Shown here: in pieces, positions 1 to 10,844 of the stretch
Layout: each line of letters begins with the position of its first letter
How positions within the stretch are numbered: position 1 is the stretch's first letter
Sequence record: SRR31156797_1276
Length of the DNA: 37,493 nucleotides
Direction: 5' to 3' (one strand)
The notes under the pieces: model-generated
Databases searched by the model: none
What the model was told of the DNA's origin: nothing
The model's input: only the letters and a program-made list of their open reading frames with translations
Position numbers and translations under genes: made by a program

Positions 1-32
1 CCCGTTAGGAAATTTCCTAACGGGGATTTTTT
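1..32 (+). terminator. Intrinsic terminator of an upstream gene (truncated by the window edge, possibly bidirectional)
   Basis: Perfect 24-bp palindrome cccgttaggaaa|tttcctaacggg (1-24), followed by a T-tract at 27-32; the convergent ORF ends at 53. Confidence 0.75.
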
Positions 33-52
33 ATAATTCGGTTAAAAGAATA

Positions 53-484
53 TTAATTTCCAGTCTTCTTTTCGTCTAAAATTTCGGTTATTGATCTGAT
101 ACAATTGGCAATTTCCCTTTTAAAGGGATGATTTGGCATAATACCACTTTCAGCATCTAATCCGTTGAAAATACTCATCCAAATTGCGCTAATACCAAAT
201 GCAACCAATAAATCTTTTTTGTGGTTAGTTGAGAATATTTGTCTGTACAGTTCAATTAATTTGTTGAATTCAACAGCTATTTGAAAAGCATAAGAGGCAT
301 CTGGATTTTCACCTTTTTGCAAATGATAACTTATTGCATTAACAAAAGATGGCGAAAGTTGTTCAGCCTCTGATTTGATCTCATTACGTTTGTCCTGATT
401 GATATCCATATCGTTAACTCCATTAAGAATAAGAGCGTTTATATCATCAATGCTTATCGTAGTTTTTAATAGTATAGGGTCCAT
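53..484 (-). CDS. Hypothetical protein, 143 aa
   Basis: ATG-started ORF with no competing long ORF, ending next to the terminator; no recognisable motif. Confidence 0.65.
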   Translation of the reverse strand: MDPILLKTTISIDDINALILNGVNDMDINQDKRNEIKSEAEQLSPSFVNAISYHLQKGENPDASYAFQIAVEFNKLIELYRQIFSTNHKKDLLVAFGISAIWMSIFNGLDAESGIMPNHPFKREIANCIRSITEILDEKKTGN

Positions 485-593
485 TATTATATTTGATTTA
501 TTTAAAGTGAATCTAAAGTAATAGAAAATTACGAGATAATTAAAAACATATCATCTATTGCAAAAATACGCATGGGATACCATAAGGATTTTG

Positions 594-601
594 TAGATTT
601 G
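594..601 (+). promoter_or_regulatory. Bacteroidota sigma-A -7 element (TAGATTTG)
   Basis: Matches TAnnTTTG, 35 nt upstream of the ATG at 637. Confidence 0.5.
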
Positions 602-636
602 AGATATTCAATTTACCATTAACCTTGATAGCTGCA

Positions 637-1935
637 ATGAAAAGAATTTTATCTCTACTAGTAATAAGTACCATGTTTTTTGGATGTACGTCCAAAATTG
701 ATCCGAATACTTCAATCAGTTCTCTATCTGAAGATTATGTGAAAACTATATTAGAAATTGGATTGTATGATCCAATGTATGTTGATGCATATTATGGTCC
801 GGAAAGCTGGAAGAAAGAAGTCGATCAGTTAAAAGAGGAAACGATTCCTGCAGAACGATTGATTAAGAAGGTAGAAGACTTAGAACTTCTATTAGAGAAA
901 ATTTCGATTGAACCTGAAAATGAAATGTTGGTTTTACGAAAAAAATATATGGCGAAGCAATTGATTGCTGTTAAGGCTAGAATTAAAATGCTTAATGGAA
1001 AGACATATACTTTTGATGAGGAATCGAGTAAACTTTATGATGCTGTTGTGCCTCCTTTTGAGAATGAGCATTTTGCCTCAGTTATTGAACAGCTTGAAAA
1101 ATTACTTCCTGGAAAAGAGAATGTAATTGATAAGGTAGCCAAGTTTAATCGAGAATTTGTGATACCTAAAGATAAGATTGATACAGTTTTTCGTGCTGCA
1201 ATTGAAGAATCGAGACGAAGAACCAAAATACATATCGACTTGCCAGCCAATGAAAATTTTGAATTGGAATATGTAACAGATAAAGCATGGGCAGGTTACA
1301 ATTGGTATAAAGGAAATAATTTTAGTTTGATTCAAGTGAATATCGATTTTCCAATTTTGATTGATAGAGCAATTGACTTGGCGAGTCATGAAGGATATCC
1401 GGGACATCATGTTTACAATTCTTTATTGGAGACAAATTTGGTTAAGAATAGAGGTTGGTTGGAATTTTCGGTTTATCCACTGTTTAGCCCGCAGTCATTA
1501 ATTGCAGAGGGAACAGCAAATTATGGAATTAATGTAGTATTCCCAAGAGAAGATAGAATGAAATTTGAAAAGGAAGTTCTTTTTCCATTGGCTGGATTGG
1601 ATACTGCTAAGGTGGATTTGTATTATCAAATTCAAGATTTGACCCATGAGTTGACCTATGCAAGAACAGTTGCCATGAGAAATTATCTGGATGGCAAGTG
1701 GACTAAAGAGGAAACTGGAAAATGGATGGAGAAATATGCATTGCGTCGTTCTTCTGAAGCTTCGTTTAGATTTCCGGAAACTTATCGAAGCTATATCATA
1801 AATTACAATTGGGGACAGGATATGGTACGAGATTTCATTGAAAAGAATGGAGGTACAGAGTTAAATCCTGAAAAGAGATGGGAATTATTTACTCATTTAA
1901 TTTCAACTCCTCAGGTTCCAACCAATTTAAAATAG
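637..1935 (+). CDS. DUF885-like lipoprotein, putative zinc metallopeptidase
   Basis: Lipoprotein signal MKRILSLLVISTMFFG-C; HEGYPGHH motif and downstream EG (IAEGTANY) typical of DUF885-type proteins. ATG 637 preferred over TTG 625. Confidence 0.75.
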   Translation: MKRILSLLVISTMFFGCTSKIDPNTSISSLSEDYVKTILEIGLYDPMYVDAYYGPESWKKEVDQLKEETIPAERLIKKVEDLELLLEKISIEPENEMLVLRKKYMAKQLIAVKARIKMLNGKTYTFDEESSKLYDAVVPPFENEHFASVIEQLEKLLPGKENVIDKVAKFNREFVIPKDKIDTVFRAAIEESRRRTKIHIDLPANENFELEYVTDKAWAGYNWYKGNNFSLIQVNIDFPILIDRAIDLASHEGYPGHHVYNSLLETNLVKNRGWLEFSVYPLFSPQSLIAEGTANYGINVVFPREDRMKFEKEVLFPLAGLDTAKVDLYYQIQDLTHELTYARTVAMRNYLDGKWTKEETGKWMEKYALRRSSEASFRFPETYRSYIINYNWGQDMVRDFIEKNGGTELNPEKRWELFTHLISTPQVPTNLK

Positions 1936-1936
1936 T

Positions 1937-1979
1937 AAAAAAACAGAGGCAATTCATTGTGAATTGCCTTTGTTTTTTT
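1937..1979. terminator. Bidirectional intrinsic terminator
   Basis: aaaaaaacagaggcaattca-ttg-tgaattgcctttgttttttt hairpin with A and T tracts between convergent genes. Confidence 0.85.
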
Positions 1980-2015
1980 ATATGCTTTTTATAATTTAAT
2001 ACGATAGAAGGAATT

Positions 2016-4133
2016 TTAAGCTAAAGGCTGTGAGAAAGCAAAACAAGCACCTTTATCATACTCATTGCAAACCCAAATCTCTCCATTATTCATTTCTACA
2101 AATTCTTTGCAAAGTATCAGTCCTAAACCAGAACCTTTTTCATCGTTTGTTCCTTTTGTGGTATACGACTCATTAATATTAAAAATTTTCTGAGCTGCTG
2201 TTTGTGACAAACCAACACCGGTATCTTTAACTTTAACAATTGCCTTATTGTTTTTTACTAAAGCTTTAATATTAATAGATCCACCATCAGGTGTAAATTT
2301 GATCGCATTGTTTATTAGATTACCGATAACCAATTCAAAAGAGAACTGATCTGTTATTACATTAATTAATTGATCTGATTCAAAGGATAGATCAATATTT
2401 TTCAATTTTGCGCTAGACTGGAAGTTATTGACAGATCTTTTTAACAGTGCATTAAGCTGTATGGGTTCAGGATTTATTTTTACTCCTCCTTGCTGAACTT
2501 TCGACCACGTTAGTAAATTTTCCAGTAAATTGTATGTACTGTGCGAAGCATTCTTAATATCCAGAATTTGAGCTTTTCTTTCTTCGTTGCTTAAATCGTC
2601 ATATTCTTCATTTAAAAAATCGCTAAAGCCAATAATAGTACTAAACGGAGATCGTAGATCATGAGCAATAATGGAAAAGAATTTATCCTTAGTTGCATTT
2701 GCAATCTCAAGTTCTAGCTTTTGTTTTTCAATTATTTTATGAGCTTGTCTTTTTAAGCGCGCGCGGTTTAGTAAAATGCTTCCTAATATAATAATAAGAA
2801 TACTTAATGCGATTAGAAAATTTCGAATAGTGGTTTGTTCCTGTACTTTCATTTTCTCTATACTTAGGTCTTTCCGAAGTATTTGATTATCCTTTTCCTT
2901 TTGTTTAGATTGGAATTTTGTTTCCAATTCTGCAATTTGTTGCTGGTGATCTACATTAAAAATACTATCCTTATAATTGAGTTCTTTCTGTTTGTAATTA
3001 AGGGCTTCATTAAATTGTCCGGTATTCTCGAAATAGAGACTTATTGCCTTATACAAATCAACTTTATTGTAATTGATATTGTATTTGTCTACTAATTCTT
3101 GAGCCTCGAATAGGGAATATCTTGCCTGAAGAAATTCATTCTCTTGTAGTTGCAATTTCCCTAGTATAATAAGATTAATTATTAACTGATTACTCGATTT
3201 ATTAGCACGATTAAGTGAAATTGCCTTTTTCAAGTATGGTCGGGCAGCTTCTATTCTTCCAAGAATGTAATTGGACTGTCCTAAGTTTGCATACAATTGT
3301 GCAATTTGGAATTGGTTGTTTAATTTTTGATAGGCAGGTAGTGCTTTTTCGAAATATACTAATGCCTTTTCATGATCTGCTTTTCTACTGTAGCATGCCC
3401 CCAAATTGTTTAGAGCTGAGGCATAAGCCAATGTAACATCCGTAGTATCCGACATTTGAATTACCCTTTCAAAATAGCCGATAGCTTGTTCTAAATCTTC
3501 ATTGTAAAGTAAGGTGGTGCCAATATTTAGTGACAAATTTGGAAGCATTTTCTTTAATTGCATACTATCTGCAATAGCATATGCCTGGGTGAAATTGGAA
3601 AGCGCTTTATCATATTTTCCTTTATTCAGATAATTAGCAGCTATAGTATTTAGGCATTGCATTTTTATTTTGCTCTCCTTTGATTCTGTAGCCAATTTAA
3701 AAGCCCTATTCAGATGTACCAGTGAACTATCAGGTTGCCCGGTTGCATATAAATAGTATCCTTTGAAGAAAATAGTTTTTATTTTTTCTTTCTTTAAATT
3801 CTTTTGCTCAGCAATATCCATTGCTGTTTGATTATACGCGATGGCATCATTTACCTTTCCGGTTTGTAAAGAAGCATAGGTGAGATTGTTCAATGCATTT
3901 ACTCTTGTGCTATCTATATCGAATATGGTGGCAATTGAATCTGCTTTTAATGAATAATATTTTACTTGTAGTACGTCTTTGTAATACAACTCGCGAGAAA
4001 GCTGGTAATATATGTATGCTTTCTCTTTATCCTCAGATGAGTCAAGAAGATTCTTAAGACTATCAACTTTATTTTGTGAGACTGCTGTAAATGAGATAAA
4101 TGAAATTAGAATGTAAAGGAATAATTTTCTCAT
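2016..4133 (-). CDS. Tetratricopeptide-repeat sensor histidine kinase
   Basis: Signal peptide, TPR-like repeats, TM helix (NFLIALSILIIILGSILL), H-box IIAHDLRSPF, N-box NLINNAIKFT, G1 DTGVG, G2 GSGLGL. Confidence 0.92.
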   Translation of the reverse strand: MRKLFLYILISFISFTAVSQNKVDSLKNLLDSSEDKEKAYIYYQLSRELYYKDVLQVKYYSLKADSIATIFDIDSTRVNALNNLTYASLQTGKVNDAIAYNQTAMDIAEQKNLKKEKIKTIFFKGYYLYATGQPDSSLVHLNRAFKLATESKESKIKMQCLNTIAANYLNKGKYDKALSNFTQAYAIADSMQLKKMLPNLSLNIGTTLLYNEDLEQAIGYFERVIQMSDTTDVTLAYASALNNLGACYSRKADHEKALVYFEKALPAYQKLNNQFQIAQLYANLGQSNYILGRIEAARPYLKKAISLNRANKSSNQLIINLIILGKLQLQENEFLQARYSLFEAQELVDKYNINYNKVDLYKAISLYFENTGQFNEALNYKQKELNYKDSIFNVDHQQQIAELETKFQSKQKEKDNQILRKDLSIEKMKVQEQTTIRNFLIALSILIIILGSILLNRARLKRQAHKIIEKQKLELEIANATKDKFFSIIAHDLRSPFSTIIGFSDFLNEEYDDLSNEERKAQILDIKNASHSTYNLLENLLTWSKVQQGGVKINPEPIQLNALLKRSVNNFQSSAKLKNIDLSFESDQLINVITDQFSFELVIGNLINNAIKFTPDGGSINIKALVKNNKAIVKVKDTGVGLSQTAAQKIFNINESYTTKGTNDEKGSGLGLILCKEFVEMNNGEIWVCNEYDKGACFAFSQPLA

Positions 4134-4281
4134 AAGAAATATTGCTATGATAACTAACGAATTATAAAATGGTTTAGTCCCAATGTATACGCAGTTTATA
4201 GCTACTTGTTGTGTTGAATTCGTTTAAATAAACTTAACTTGAATAAATCTGAAATTGAAAAGATTATTTGATTAAAATAAT

Positions 4282-4289
4282 TACATTTG
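4282..4289 (+). promoter_or_regulatory. Bacteroidota -7 promoter element (TACATTTG)
   Basis: TAnnTTTG match overlapping the TTG at 4287, which supports the ATG at 4326 as the real start. Confidence 0.45.
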
Positions 4290-4325
4290 AATGTATTTGA
4301 ATTAAGAATAAATAAAAATAAGCAT

Positions 4326-4679
4326 ATGAATTATCAAAATGAAAAATTACCCGATGGTGCGATAAAAGTTGGTAGTACGCCGAGTATGACTGAAGAAACG
4401 GTAAAACCGGCTATTTTGAAATCTCATTTGGCACCAAAAGGAAAAATCGGATTGCTTGTTATTGAGAAAGGGCACTGCCAATATGTTTGGGAAGATGAAG
4501 ATGGTCCTGCTTTAGATGCAGATCCCAACCATCCAATTGTTATTTTTCCTGAAAGATATCATCATGTAGTAATTACCGGACCTGTGGTTTTTAGAGTGGA
4601 GTTTTATACCATTTTAAATACTGTAATTGAGGTGAAGCATCCTGAGGAAAAGAAAAGACCAGGAGAAAGTTTCATATAA
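4326..4679 (+). CDS. DUF1971 (YeaR / TehB N-terminal-like) cupin protein
   Basis: TPSMTEETVKPAILKSH...GLLVIEKG...PERYHHV...FRVEFY resembles the YeaR/DUF1971 pattern. The ORF track start is TTG 4287. Confidence 0.7.
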   Translation: MNYQNEKLPDGAIKVGSTPSMTEETVKPAILKSHLAPKGKIGLLVIEKGHCQYVWEDEDGPALDADPNHPIVIFPERYHHVVITGPVVFRVEFYTILNTVIEVKHPEEKKRPGESFI

Positions 4680-4684
4680 GAGTA

Positions 4685-4716
4685 AAAAGCCATTGATACA
4701 ATAACCAATGGCTTTT
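4685..4716. terminator. Bidirectional terminator ending the thi operon and the DUF1971 gene
   Basis: aaaagccattg...caatggctttt inverted repeat between convergent genes. Confidence 0.75.
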
Positions 4717-4727
4717 CAATTAAATTT

Positions 4728-5429
4728 CTATGCAAAATTGATAATTTGAGAATTGCATGTCAATGCATCATACACTAAAAGTTTACCTGATAGTATTTCA
4801 CCAATTCCTAATATGATTTTAATTACTTCGCAGGCTTGCATACTTCCAATAATTCCTGGCAATACTCCCAGAACACCTAAAGGTAAATTAGACTCCAAAG
4901 GTGTGTCAGGAAATAAATCAAAATAAGAGGGACCATTTTGAAAGTTAAATACTGAAACTTGTCCTTCAAATTCACCTATCGATGCATGAACAAAGGCTTT
5001 CTTTTGCTTTTTTGTAATGATATCAATGCATTTTCGTGAATCGAAGTTATCAGTAGCTCCAACAATAATATCGTATTTCGTGATTAGTTCTTCTGCATTG
5101 TTTTCTGTAAGCGTACAATTAAAACTATCCAATTTAATATCAGAATTTAATTGATGTAATGTTTTTTTAGACTGTTCAACTTTTGATAAGCCAATTTGAT
5201 TTTCTCGATAAAGAATTTGACGTTGAAGATTCGAAAGGCTTACAACATCGCTATCAACAATACCAATATTACCTACTCCTGCAGCAACGAGATATTGTAA
5301 GACTGGAGCTCCTAAGCCGCCAGCACCAACCACCAGAACTTTTGCATTTAGTAGTTTTTTCTGTCCTTTCTCACCAATTTCAGATAACAGAATATGTCTG
5401 TTGTATCGCTCTTTCTGTGTATTTTTCAT
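4728..5429 (-). CDS. thiF: ThiS adenylyltransferase (ThiF/MoeB/HesA family)
   Basis: RYNRHI, GAGGLG, DSDVVSLSNLQRQ, GATDNF motifs; last gene of the thi operon. Confidence 0.88.
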   Translation of the reverse strand: MKNTQKERYNRHILLSEIGEKGQKKLLNAKVLVVGAGGLGAPVLQYLVAAGVGNIGIVDSDVVSLSNLQRQILYRENQIGLSKVEQSKKTLHQLNSDIKLDSFNCTLTENNAEELITKYDIIVGATDNFDSRKCIDIITKKQKKAFVHASIGEFEGQVSVFNFQNGPSYFDLFPDTPLESNLPLGVLGVLPGIIGSMQACEVIKIILGIGEILSGKLLVYDALTCNSQIINFA

Positions 5430-5433
5430 GTAT

Positions 5434-6546
5434 CTACAATTGCATAAAATTGTCCCAATCTTTCCAGATTACTTCATATCCGTTATTTTGAATCATCTTG
5501 GCAATATCTGAAGGAGATCGGTCATCGTTAATTGAGAATTGTTCCAGTGATTCTTCTGCATTGGAATAGCCTCCGGGATTGGTTTTAGAACCTGCACTAA
5601 ATGAAGTAGCACCCAACTTCATGGCATTATCTCGGAATTTTTCACTTTCTCTGGTCGAGAGAGAGATCTCTACATGATGATTGAACAATCTGTACGCACC
5701 AATTAATTGAAGCAAATCTCTTTGCGAAGTTTCAAAATTTGGCTGAAATCCACCTGTGTGCGGACGAAGACGAGGGAAGGAGATAGAGTACTTACTTTTC
5801 CAGTAGTTTTTTTCGAGATATTGCAGATGTAAAGCTGTATAGAACGTGTCCACGCGCCAATCTTCCAGGCCTAATAAACATCCAAGCCCAACCTTATGAA
5901 CGCCTGCTTTTCCCAAACGATCAGGAGTTTCTAACCGATATTGGTAGTTTGATTTTTTACCTGACGGATGGTAATTTCTGTAATTGCTTTCGTTGTAGGT
6001 TTCCTGATAGATGTAAACCGTATTCAATCCTTTTTTTGAAAGTGTTTTGTATTCTTCCGTTTTAAGAGGTTGTGCTTCCAATGAAATTAAGGCAAAGTCA
6101 TCTTTAATGGCTTCCATCATTTTTTCTATATAATCTGCTCCACACTTCAACTGATCTTCACCACTGACTAATAGAACATGCTCAAAGCCAAGTTTTTTAA
6201 TCTCCTTTGCTTCCTGTTTTATTTCATTTTGGTTCAGTATTTTTCTATCAAATTTATTTTTGTGATTAAAACCGCAATAAACACAGGTATTGGTGCAAGA
6301 ATTAGAAATGTATAAGGGAATATACATCTGCATGCATTTACCAAACCGCTTTTGGGTCAATTCCATACTTTTTTGTGCAATTTGTTCAAGGTATGAACTT
6401 CCTGCAGGAGAAATAAGAGCTTGAAAATCATTCAAATCTATTCTTTCTTTGTTTAATGCTCTTTCAACATCAACTTCAGTTTTATTATAGATTTGCTCTT
6501 TGATTTCGTCCCAATTGTATTTTTGTATTTCGTTGTAGAAACTCAT
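5434..6546 (-). CDS. thiH: 2-iminoacetate synthase (radical SAM tyrosine lyase)
   Basis: YIPLYISNSCTNTCVYCGF (CxxxCxxC), YQETY, SFPRLRP, SAGSKTNPGGY. Confidence 0.96.
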   Translation of the reverse strand: MSFYNEIQKYNWDEIKEQIYNKTEVDVERALNKERIDLNDFQALISPAGSSYLEQIAQKSMELTQKRFGKCMQMYIPLYISNSCTNTCVYCGFNHKNKFDRKILNQNEIKQEAKEIKKLGFEHVLLVSGEDQLKCGADYIEKMMEAIKDDFALISLEAQPLKTEEYKTLSKKGLNTVYIYQETYNESNYRNYHPSGKKSNYQYRLETPDRLGKAGVHKVGLGCLLGLEDWRVDTFYTALHLQYLEKNYWKSKYSISFPRLRPHTGGFQPNFETSQRDLLQLIGAYRLFNHHVEISLSTRESEKFRDNAMKLGATSFSAGSKTNPGGYSNAEESLEQFSINDDRSPSDIAKMIQNNGYEVIWKDWDNFMQL

Positions 6547-6564
6547 TGCTTGTTATTGAAAGGT

Positions 6565-7341
6565 TTAATCTAAATCCTCTAAAAATGATGTTAATGGACT
6601 ACTCGCACTGGCTTTGGTAGATTTTCCAGCTAATTTTGCTTCAAAAGCCATACGTCCGGCTTCAACTGCCATTTTAAATGCTTTTGCCATTTCAATGGGA
6701 TTTGGCGAAACTGCAATTGCTGTATTTACCAAAACAGCATCGGCACCAATTTCCATAGCAGCTGCTGCGTGTGAAGGTGCTCCAATACCAGCATCAACCA
6801 CCACAGGAACATTGCTTTGTTCAATAATGATTTTTAAGAAATCGATGGTTTGCAGTCCACTATTGGAACCAATTGGTGAACCTAGTGGCATAACTGCTGC
6901 AGTTCCAACTTCTTCCAATTTTTTACACAGAACAGGATCTGCTTGCACGTATGGTAAAACTTGAAATCCAAGTTTCACCAATTCTTTAGCCGCTTTTAAA
7001 GTCTCTTCTCCATCGGGTAAAAGATATTTCGGATCAGGATGAATCTCTAATTTTAGCCAGTTGGTTTCCAAAGCTTCTCTCGCTAATTGTGCAGCAAATA
7101 TGGCTTCCTGAGCGTTACGAACGCCCGATGTGTTTGGCAAAAGATTAACTCCAGCAATATTCAGGTGTTGCAGCATGTTATCATTTTCATCTTGTATGTC
7201 AATACGTTTTAGTGCCATGGTAACCAATTCCGATCCAGATTCTAATATGGCATCTCTCATCAATTCATTGGAACTGAATTTTCCTGTTCCTGTGAACAGA
7301 CGAGATGTAAATATTTTATCACCTAATTTTAAATTTTGCAT
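6565..7341 (-). CDS. thiG: Thiazole synthase
   Basis: [45 protein letters not shown]. Confidence 0.97.
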   Translation of the reverse strand: MQNLKLGDKIFTSRLFTGTGKFSSNELMRDAILESGSELVTMALKRIDIQDENDNMLQHLNIAGVNLLPNTSGVRNAQEAIFAAQLAREALETNWLKLEIHPDPKYLLPDGEETLKAAKELVKLGFQVLPYVQADPVLCKKLEEVGTAAVMPLGSPIGSNSGLQTIDFLKIIIEQSNVPVVVDAGIGAPSHAAAAMEIGADAVLVNTAIAVSPNPIEMAKAFKMAVEAGRMAFEAKLAGKSTKASASSPLTSFLEDLD

Positions 7342-7347
7342 TTTTTC

Positions 7348-7947
7348 TTATTGGTTGTTTAGTGTTTGTAATAAAGCGCCAGATAGTGCTACTCCATATA
7401 ATCCTGTTTGAGTAAGAGATTCTATATCGCCAATTTGAATTCCTCCAACAGCTACAATTGGAATCTCAAGGTTTATCATTTTCATTTGTGAAAGAATCTG
7501 TTCATATCCATCAAAACCAATAATGGGACTTAAATTTTTCTTAGTAGTGGTATGTTTGAAAGGTCCAAGTCCTACATAATCTGCTCCTCTTGATTTTTGC
7601 AGTTGAATGTCATTTAGGGTATTGGCAGTCCCACCAATTATAAATTCATCACCTAAAAATTCTCGGGCTTTACTTATTGGAGTATCTGATAATCCCAGGT
7701 GTACGCCATGTGCTCCTATACTTTTTGCAATTTCAATCGAATCATTTATAATGAGAGTTTTACCATGTTTTTTTGCAGATTGTAGTGCTTGCTTTGCTTG
7801 AGTTAAAATTTCTTCTTCAGTACTATTTTTCATTCTGATTTGTACACACTCAATTCCTTTTTCAAACATCAATCGGGCTTGTTCCGAATGAGAGAAACAA
7901 TCAGAATCCTGGGTTATGAATTGTATTTTGGGTATGCTTTTTCTCAT
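7348..7947 (-). CDS. thiE: Thiamine-phosphate synthase
   Basis: VQIRMK, LIIND, GVHLGLSD, GADYVGLGPFKHTTTK, VAVGGI. Confidence 0.92.
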   Translation of the reverse strand: MRKSIPKIQFITQDSDCFSHSEQARLMFEKGIECVQIRMKNSTEEEILTQAKQALQSAKKHGKTLIINDSIEIAKSIGAHGVHLGLSDTPISKAREFLGDEFIIGGTANTLNDIQLQKSRGADYVGLGPFKHTTTKKNLSPIIGFDGYEQILSQMKMINLEIPIVAVGGIQIGDIESLTQTGLYGVALSGALLQTLNNQ

Positions 7948-8555
7948 TGGTATACTTCTAAAAATTGCTGGTAGATGGTTTCAAAATTCTTCTCAATTTC
8001 TTGATTGTTTTCTGGGGCATCAGTCCATATTGTACCTAAAATTGCTATTCCATCAAATCCAATTGGTTTCAACTCTTCCAATTTATTGGTTTCTATTCCT
8101 CCCAACGCGTAAACTTTTGTTTTTCGAAATTTGGAGAGATACATTTTTAGCACATCCAGGTTTAAAGTTCCTTTATATCCTTTTTTGGATATGCTGGGAA
8201 ATATGGGACTTAAGAACATGTAGTCAAAATTACTATCATGGTCTTTGATCTCCTGAAGGGAATGACAGGATGTCCCTTTCCTGATAGTTGGAGATATTTT
8301 AAATGCATTAGCTCTATTCTCGCTTGAAAAATGAATTCCTTTTAAGTCGAATTGTTTATAAATCCCCACCTGATTGTGTATTACAATTCTAGTATGAAAA
8401 TGAGAAGGAATCGCCTTTAGGAATCGAGCATATTCTTCTGTACTTGCATCTGGTTTTCGGAGATGAAAGGTAAATTCATATTGTTTTAGTAAAGAGGAAA
8501 CAATAGTTGTTTCCCCTTTAAAAAACTCAGGATAAGATATAAGGATTAATTCCAT
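7944..8555 (-). CDS. ThiE/TenI-like protein (divergent TMP-TENI family paralog)
   Basis: FHLRKP, GIHF, TSCHSLQEI, DYMFLSPIFPSISKKGY, YALGGI; ATGA overlap with thiE. Confidence 0.8.
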   Translation of the reverse strand: MELILISYPEFFKGETTIVSSLLKQYEFTFHLRKPDASTEEYARFLKAIPSHFHTRIVIHNQVGIYKQFDLKGIHFSSENRANAFKISPTIRKGTSCHSLQEIKDHDSNFDYMFLSPIFPSISKKGYKGTLNLDVLKMYLSKFRKTKVYALGGIETNKLEELKPIGFDGIAILGTIWTDAPENNQEIEKNFETIYQQFLEVYQ

Positions 8556-8563
8556 TAGATTTT

Positions 8564-10378
<1,815 letters not shown>

Positions 10379-10450
10379 TTAATTGTTACTTCCTGAAATA
10401 AGGAGGAGCAATTAAGCGACAAAAGAATATTGAATGAGCAAGTTATAGAA

Positions 10451-10654
10451 TCATCCTCCTTTGGTTGCCGATACAATTAAAACTTTGTCGTTTTCCTGAA
10501 GTTGATGAGATTTCCAATCCTGTTTTTTTACTACATTGTTGTTTACAGCTACTGCAATTCCTTTCTGATTCACATATTCTGTGACAGACAAAAGTGAAAA
10601 AAGTGTAGCACTATCATCCAAGGTAATAGAATTACCATTGCAAAAAATGTTCAT
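10451..10654 (-). CDS. thiS: Sulfur carrier protein ThiS
   Basis: 67 aa, GIAVAVNNNVV, C-terminal GG; first gene after the TPP riboswitch. Confidence 0.95.
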   Translation of the reverse strand: MNIFCNGNSITLDDSATLFSLLSVTEYVNQKGIAVAVNNNVVKKQDWKSHQLQENDKVLIVSATKGG

Positions 10655-10689
10655 ATTAAAAATATTGCAGGAGTAGAAACAGGAGATAC

Positions 10690-10765
10690 ATACAATCCCT
10701 TAGCAGCATTACCTGCCCAGGTTCATAGGGTCTAATCTCAGCCGTTACAGGCACCCCTTGTTAAT
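10690..10765 (-). ncRNA. TPP riboswitch (THI element), variant pyrophosphate-sensor arm
   Basis: Minus strand reads acaaGGGGTGCC-tgtaac-GGCTGAGAttagACCCtatGAACCTGggCAGGTAATGCTGctAAGGGAttgt, directly upstream of thiS. Confidence 0.93.
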
Positions 10766-10773
10766 AATGTTGA

Positions 10774-10803
10774 CAAACTTACAGCTAATTTTTTAATATG
10801 CAA
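10774..10803 (-). promoter_or_regulatory. Bacteroidota sigma-A promoter of the thi operon
   Basis: Minus strand TTG (10803-10801), 19-nt spacer, TAAGTTTG (10781-10774), immediately 5' of the riboswitch. Confidence 0.8.
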
Positions 10804-10844
10804 CTGTTCCTTGAATAAAAATATGAAAAGTAAAAAATGAAACT

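Noticed and set aside
4728-5429. moeB annotation
   Set aside because: Position in the thi operon with thiS and thiG favours thiF.
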